Source: Chromatiales bacterium (GTDB lineage: Bacteria > Pseudomonadota > Gammaproteobacteria > Steroidobacterales > GCA-2729495). Taken from it: a stretch of DNA of 64,000 bases. Of the stretch, positions 63,701 through 64,000 are shown piece by piece. The position numbers and the translations under genes are program-made. Position 1 is the first letter of the stretch. Each line of letters starts with the position of its first letter. Under the pieces are notes generated by a model, which saw only the letters and a list, made by a program, of their open reading frames with translations, was not told the origin of the DNA and did no database searches. Where the stretch lies: contig JACKNI010000007.1 in NCBI GenBank assembly GCA_024234935.1, forward strand, positions 11,454-75,453. The letters are read 5' to 3'.

Positions 63701-64000
63701 GCCGCAGCTGCCGAACGGCAAGCTGGATCGCCGTGCGCTGGCCGGCCGGCCGTTGTCGCGACCGGCAGCAACCGGCAGGGCGGCGATCGCCGAGGGCGAT
63801 GTCGAAGCCACGCTGACCGAGCTCTGGCAGACGCTGCTGAAACGGGAGGATATCGGCCCGGAAGACGATTTTTTTGCGCTCGGCGGACATTCGCTGCTGG
63901 CCACCCGCCTGATCGCCAGGCTCCGCGACCGGTTTGGTGTCGAGCTGCCGCTGATCAGTATCTTCGAGACGCCGACCATCCGCGGGCTGGCAGTCGTCGT
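57765..64000 (+). CDS. NRPS: C-A-T-C-A-T-... (partial, continues past the right edge)
   Basis: Not in the ORF track because no stop lies in the window. ATG 57765 overlaps the upstream stop (ATGA). MSTAHYVFPASFAQQRLWFLDQ... C motifs HHIVSDA (58176-) and HHIVADG (61326-). A3 LIYTSGSTGQPKG (~59590) and LLYTSGTTGTPKR (~62760). Carrier Ser codons at 60762 and 63891. Confidence 0.9.
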   Translation, partial: MSTAHYVFPASFAQQRLWFLDQLEGASAVYNLKMALRLSGRLDHDSLQRAVDAVVARHESLRTSFATRGVDAVQRVASQLEVLVQTAELHGASDTVLAAKLNELGSTSFDLQRGPLLRVHLLRLDAEATEHVLLLVMHHIVSDAWSAGVLYRDLAAYYSAFSRGLVAQLPELPVQYADFAVWQRDWLAGAELERQMAFWREHLEGAPPLLELPTDRPRPVLQTYRGNRFSRAVPAALSARLQALAAEEGVTLYMLLFAAFNLLLARWSGQSDLVIGTPIAGRRRSELEALIGCFANTLAIRTRLEGAERFSELLARVRTATLGAFSHQELPFEKLVEVLKPPRNLSHSPLFQVMFILQNTPWEAVEFGALAVRPAEMDAADTAKFELTVSVSEFESQLWLALEYNSDIFDRGTIEGLAAGYETLLSAIVADPSASLSVLPVQAEADRRQLLDTWNDYAAPYDRNCGVWSLFAARAARSPGSVAAEADGVALTYAQLLDRAEQLAAALYARGVRPGQAVAICLERGIDMLASVLAVLRIGAHYVPLDTAHPSARLAFILEDSGASMLVAAPALAGRLADFRGTVFDPGTARSGSVSSIPAFAPLSGDALAYLIYTSGSTGQPKGVAVPQQAVLNFLHSMARTPGLATDDRLLAVTTLAFDIAVLELLLPLAVGATTVIAMRDELADPQLLIHRLAGSRISMMQATPALWRNLVAAGWTGQPDLRMLCGGESLDADLASALLARGADLWNMYGPTETTVWSCCARITAVSSAPVPVGRPIANTRCYVLDAQREPVPRGVRGELWIGGDGVACGYHARPELTAERFLADPFAGVPARMYRTGDRARWRSDGGLEILGRSDFQLKLRGFRIEPGEIEAALLAHPAVSAAVVVLRDFAGDPRLVAFMVPAGADVSAGLLVRHLRGRLPEYMVPSEFVWLPELPLNPNGKLDRASLPAVLPTGTRADSADAPLSPLEVMLCELFATVLGRDRVGANEDFFALGGHSLLATQLIARIRDALQIELPLKALFMTPTASGIAAGLPTAHITSPPALPAPSAVHRLAPLSPVQQRLWFLDRLQPGSPVYNLAWTFRLRGVLDPEALQLAVDALVARHAVLRTRFVEADGEPRQLIDETLAVPVNVLSADPPANVGDTGEARLKTCLQLVRFDLAHGPLLRVFVLPAAKDDQVLAIVVHHIVADGWSLGILSRELSALYNAALAGQSPHLAALPLQYADYAIRQRTALEDGELARQLDFWQTQLKDAPPYLDLPTDRPRPALSTHRGARCFRLLEPGLQSALKSLAQAEGCTLFMVLLAAFDVLLARHAGSEDVVVGTPVAGRPRTELEGLVGFFVNTLVLRTELRGNPRFRELLQRVKDGTLAAWAHADVPFEQLVEVLKPPRSTGRSPVFQVLFNLHNEPAGRLELSGIEATPLAIDRGTAKFELSVSLSETTAGLAVSFEYSTDLFNAASMQRMLDDFAALLAAVVSRPDAPLASLCVAAPPVARSLPEIALLRQAGEGTLAAAFAAQLQQRAAATAVAASAVAGSSGVEWSYAGLDQRARAVAAALMQRGVTRGTHVGLWFNQGAGQVAAMLGVLQAGAAYVPLDPLAPAARLDVVVRDAGLRIAVSERAALDSPTGAWLRESALQLIVLDELPASPPAALTLLPGSPDDAAYLLYTSGTTGTPKRVAQTQRNVLHYVRSWAENLGLGPADRLSLVSTYGYDAAVQDIFGALLSGAAVYPLDIRRLDRETLLDRIADAGLSVLHATPTVYRYLFGSHVACRQDLSRVRLVVLGGETARRADFELFRSRFRRGAQFVNGYGLTEATAVLQCFSTHDTQPYGNVLSLGWPVGDQRVLLLDEQDQPAGISGEVVIESRYVPAGRLHTGDLARWLPDGSLAWLGRRDDQLKLGGIRIEPGEVEAALRTHPALAAVAVVLHAEPASEPMLVAYCSLRRAATLPTPAELRAHLKPLLPDPLLPAHYVAVDSLPQLPNGKLDRRALAGRPLSRPAATGRAAIAEGDVEATLTELWQTLLKREDIGPEDDFFALGGHSLLATRLIARLRDRFGVELPLISIFETPTIRGLAVV

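Noticed and set aside
61410-63890. 826-aa minus-strand ORF, plus others at 50785-52056, 53626-55017, 56116-57255 and 58740-59837, antisense to the NRPS genes
   Set aside because: The + strand frame carries unmistakable NRPS core motifs in order. The antisense products are Arg/Gln/His-rich nonsense. They are GC-driven open frames.
1-64000. Search for rRNA, tRNA, CRISPR arrays, IS elements, integrases, prophage or toxin-antitoxin/defence modules
   Set aside because: No cloverleaf-like sequences were seen in the intergenic gaps, and there are no regularly spaced repeats. No transposase, integrase or recombinase-like ORFs were found. The only decay signal is the sugE remnant.

Overview
High-GC chromosome segment, roughly two-thirds G+C by eye, from a Gram-negative bacterium. 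RdgC, SlyX, ArfB, an OmpA/TSP3 porin, an MSHA-like pilus and a PEP-CTERM protein suggest a gamma- or betaproteobacterium, but that is inference. All functional calls rest on hand translation and motif recognition from memory; no searches were run. I support about 52 protein genes and found no rRNA, tRNA, CRISPR array, transposase or integrase.

Layout:
(1) 1-7.6 kb holds a partial MFS transporter, a ferrochelatase-like protein next to a Mer-like LLM oxidoreductase, a GST, a lipoprotein, a hypothetical protein and an MDR-family oxidoreductase.
(2) 7.6-19.1 kb is a tightly overlapping 10-gene, minus-strand MSHA-like type IV filament operon: secretin, TPR protein, ATPase, platform, PilMN-, PilO- and PilP-like proteins, and three pilins. 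Two OmpA-barrel paralogs lie upstream of it.
(3) 21.2-32.7 kb is a redox island bracketed by two paralogous soluble PQQ dehydrogenases. It contains three luciferase-like (probably F420-dependent) oxidoreductases, two tandem coiled-coil membrane proteins, a thermonuclease, a truncated sugE remnant, and a HemE-type uroporphyrinogen decarboxylase that carries a twin-arginine signal peptide.
(4) 32.7-39.3 kb is housekeeping-like: arfB, a PEP-CTERM protein, an APH/AAA kinase, cspA, slyX and rdgC.
(5) 39.3-44.8 kb is a complete coenzyme F420 biosynthesis operon (fno-cofE-cofD-cofC-fbiC).
(6) From 45.0 kb a queD-deaminase-methyltransferase-NRPS operon is transcribed divergently from the F420 operon and runs off the right edge.

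The NRPS line reads A(MT)-T | dock-C-A-T-C-A-T-C-T | C-A-T-C-A-T-... Its most unusual features are a loading adenylation domain split by a PRMT-fold methyltransferase and lacking the alpha-amino-binding Asp, a second A domain with a displaced Asp, and an A-less C-T module. I rate these and the Tat-signal HemE as the strongest candidates for something undescribed.
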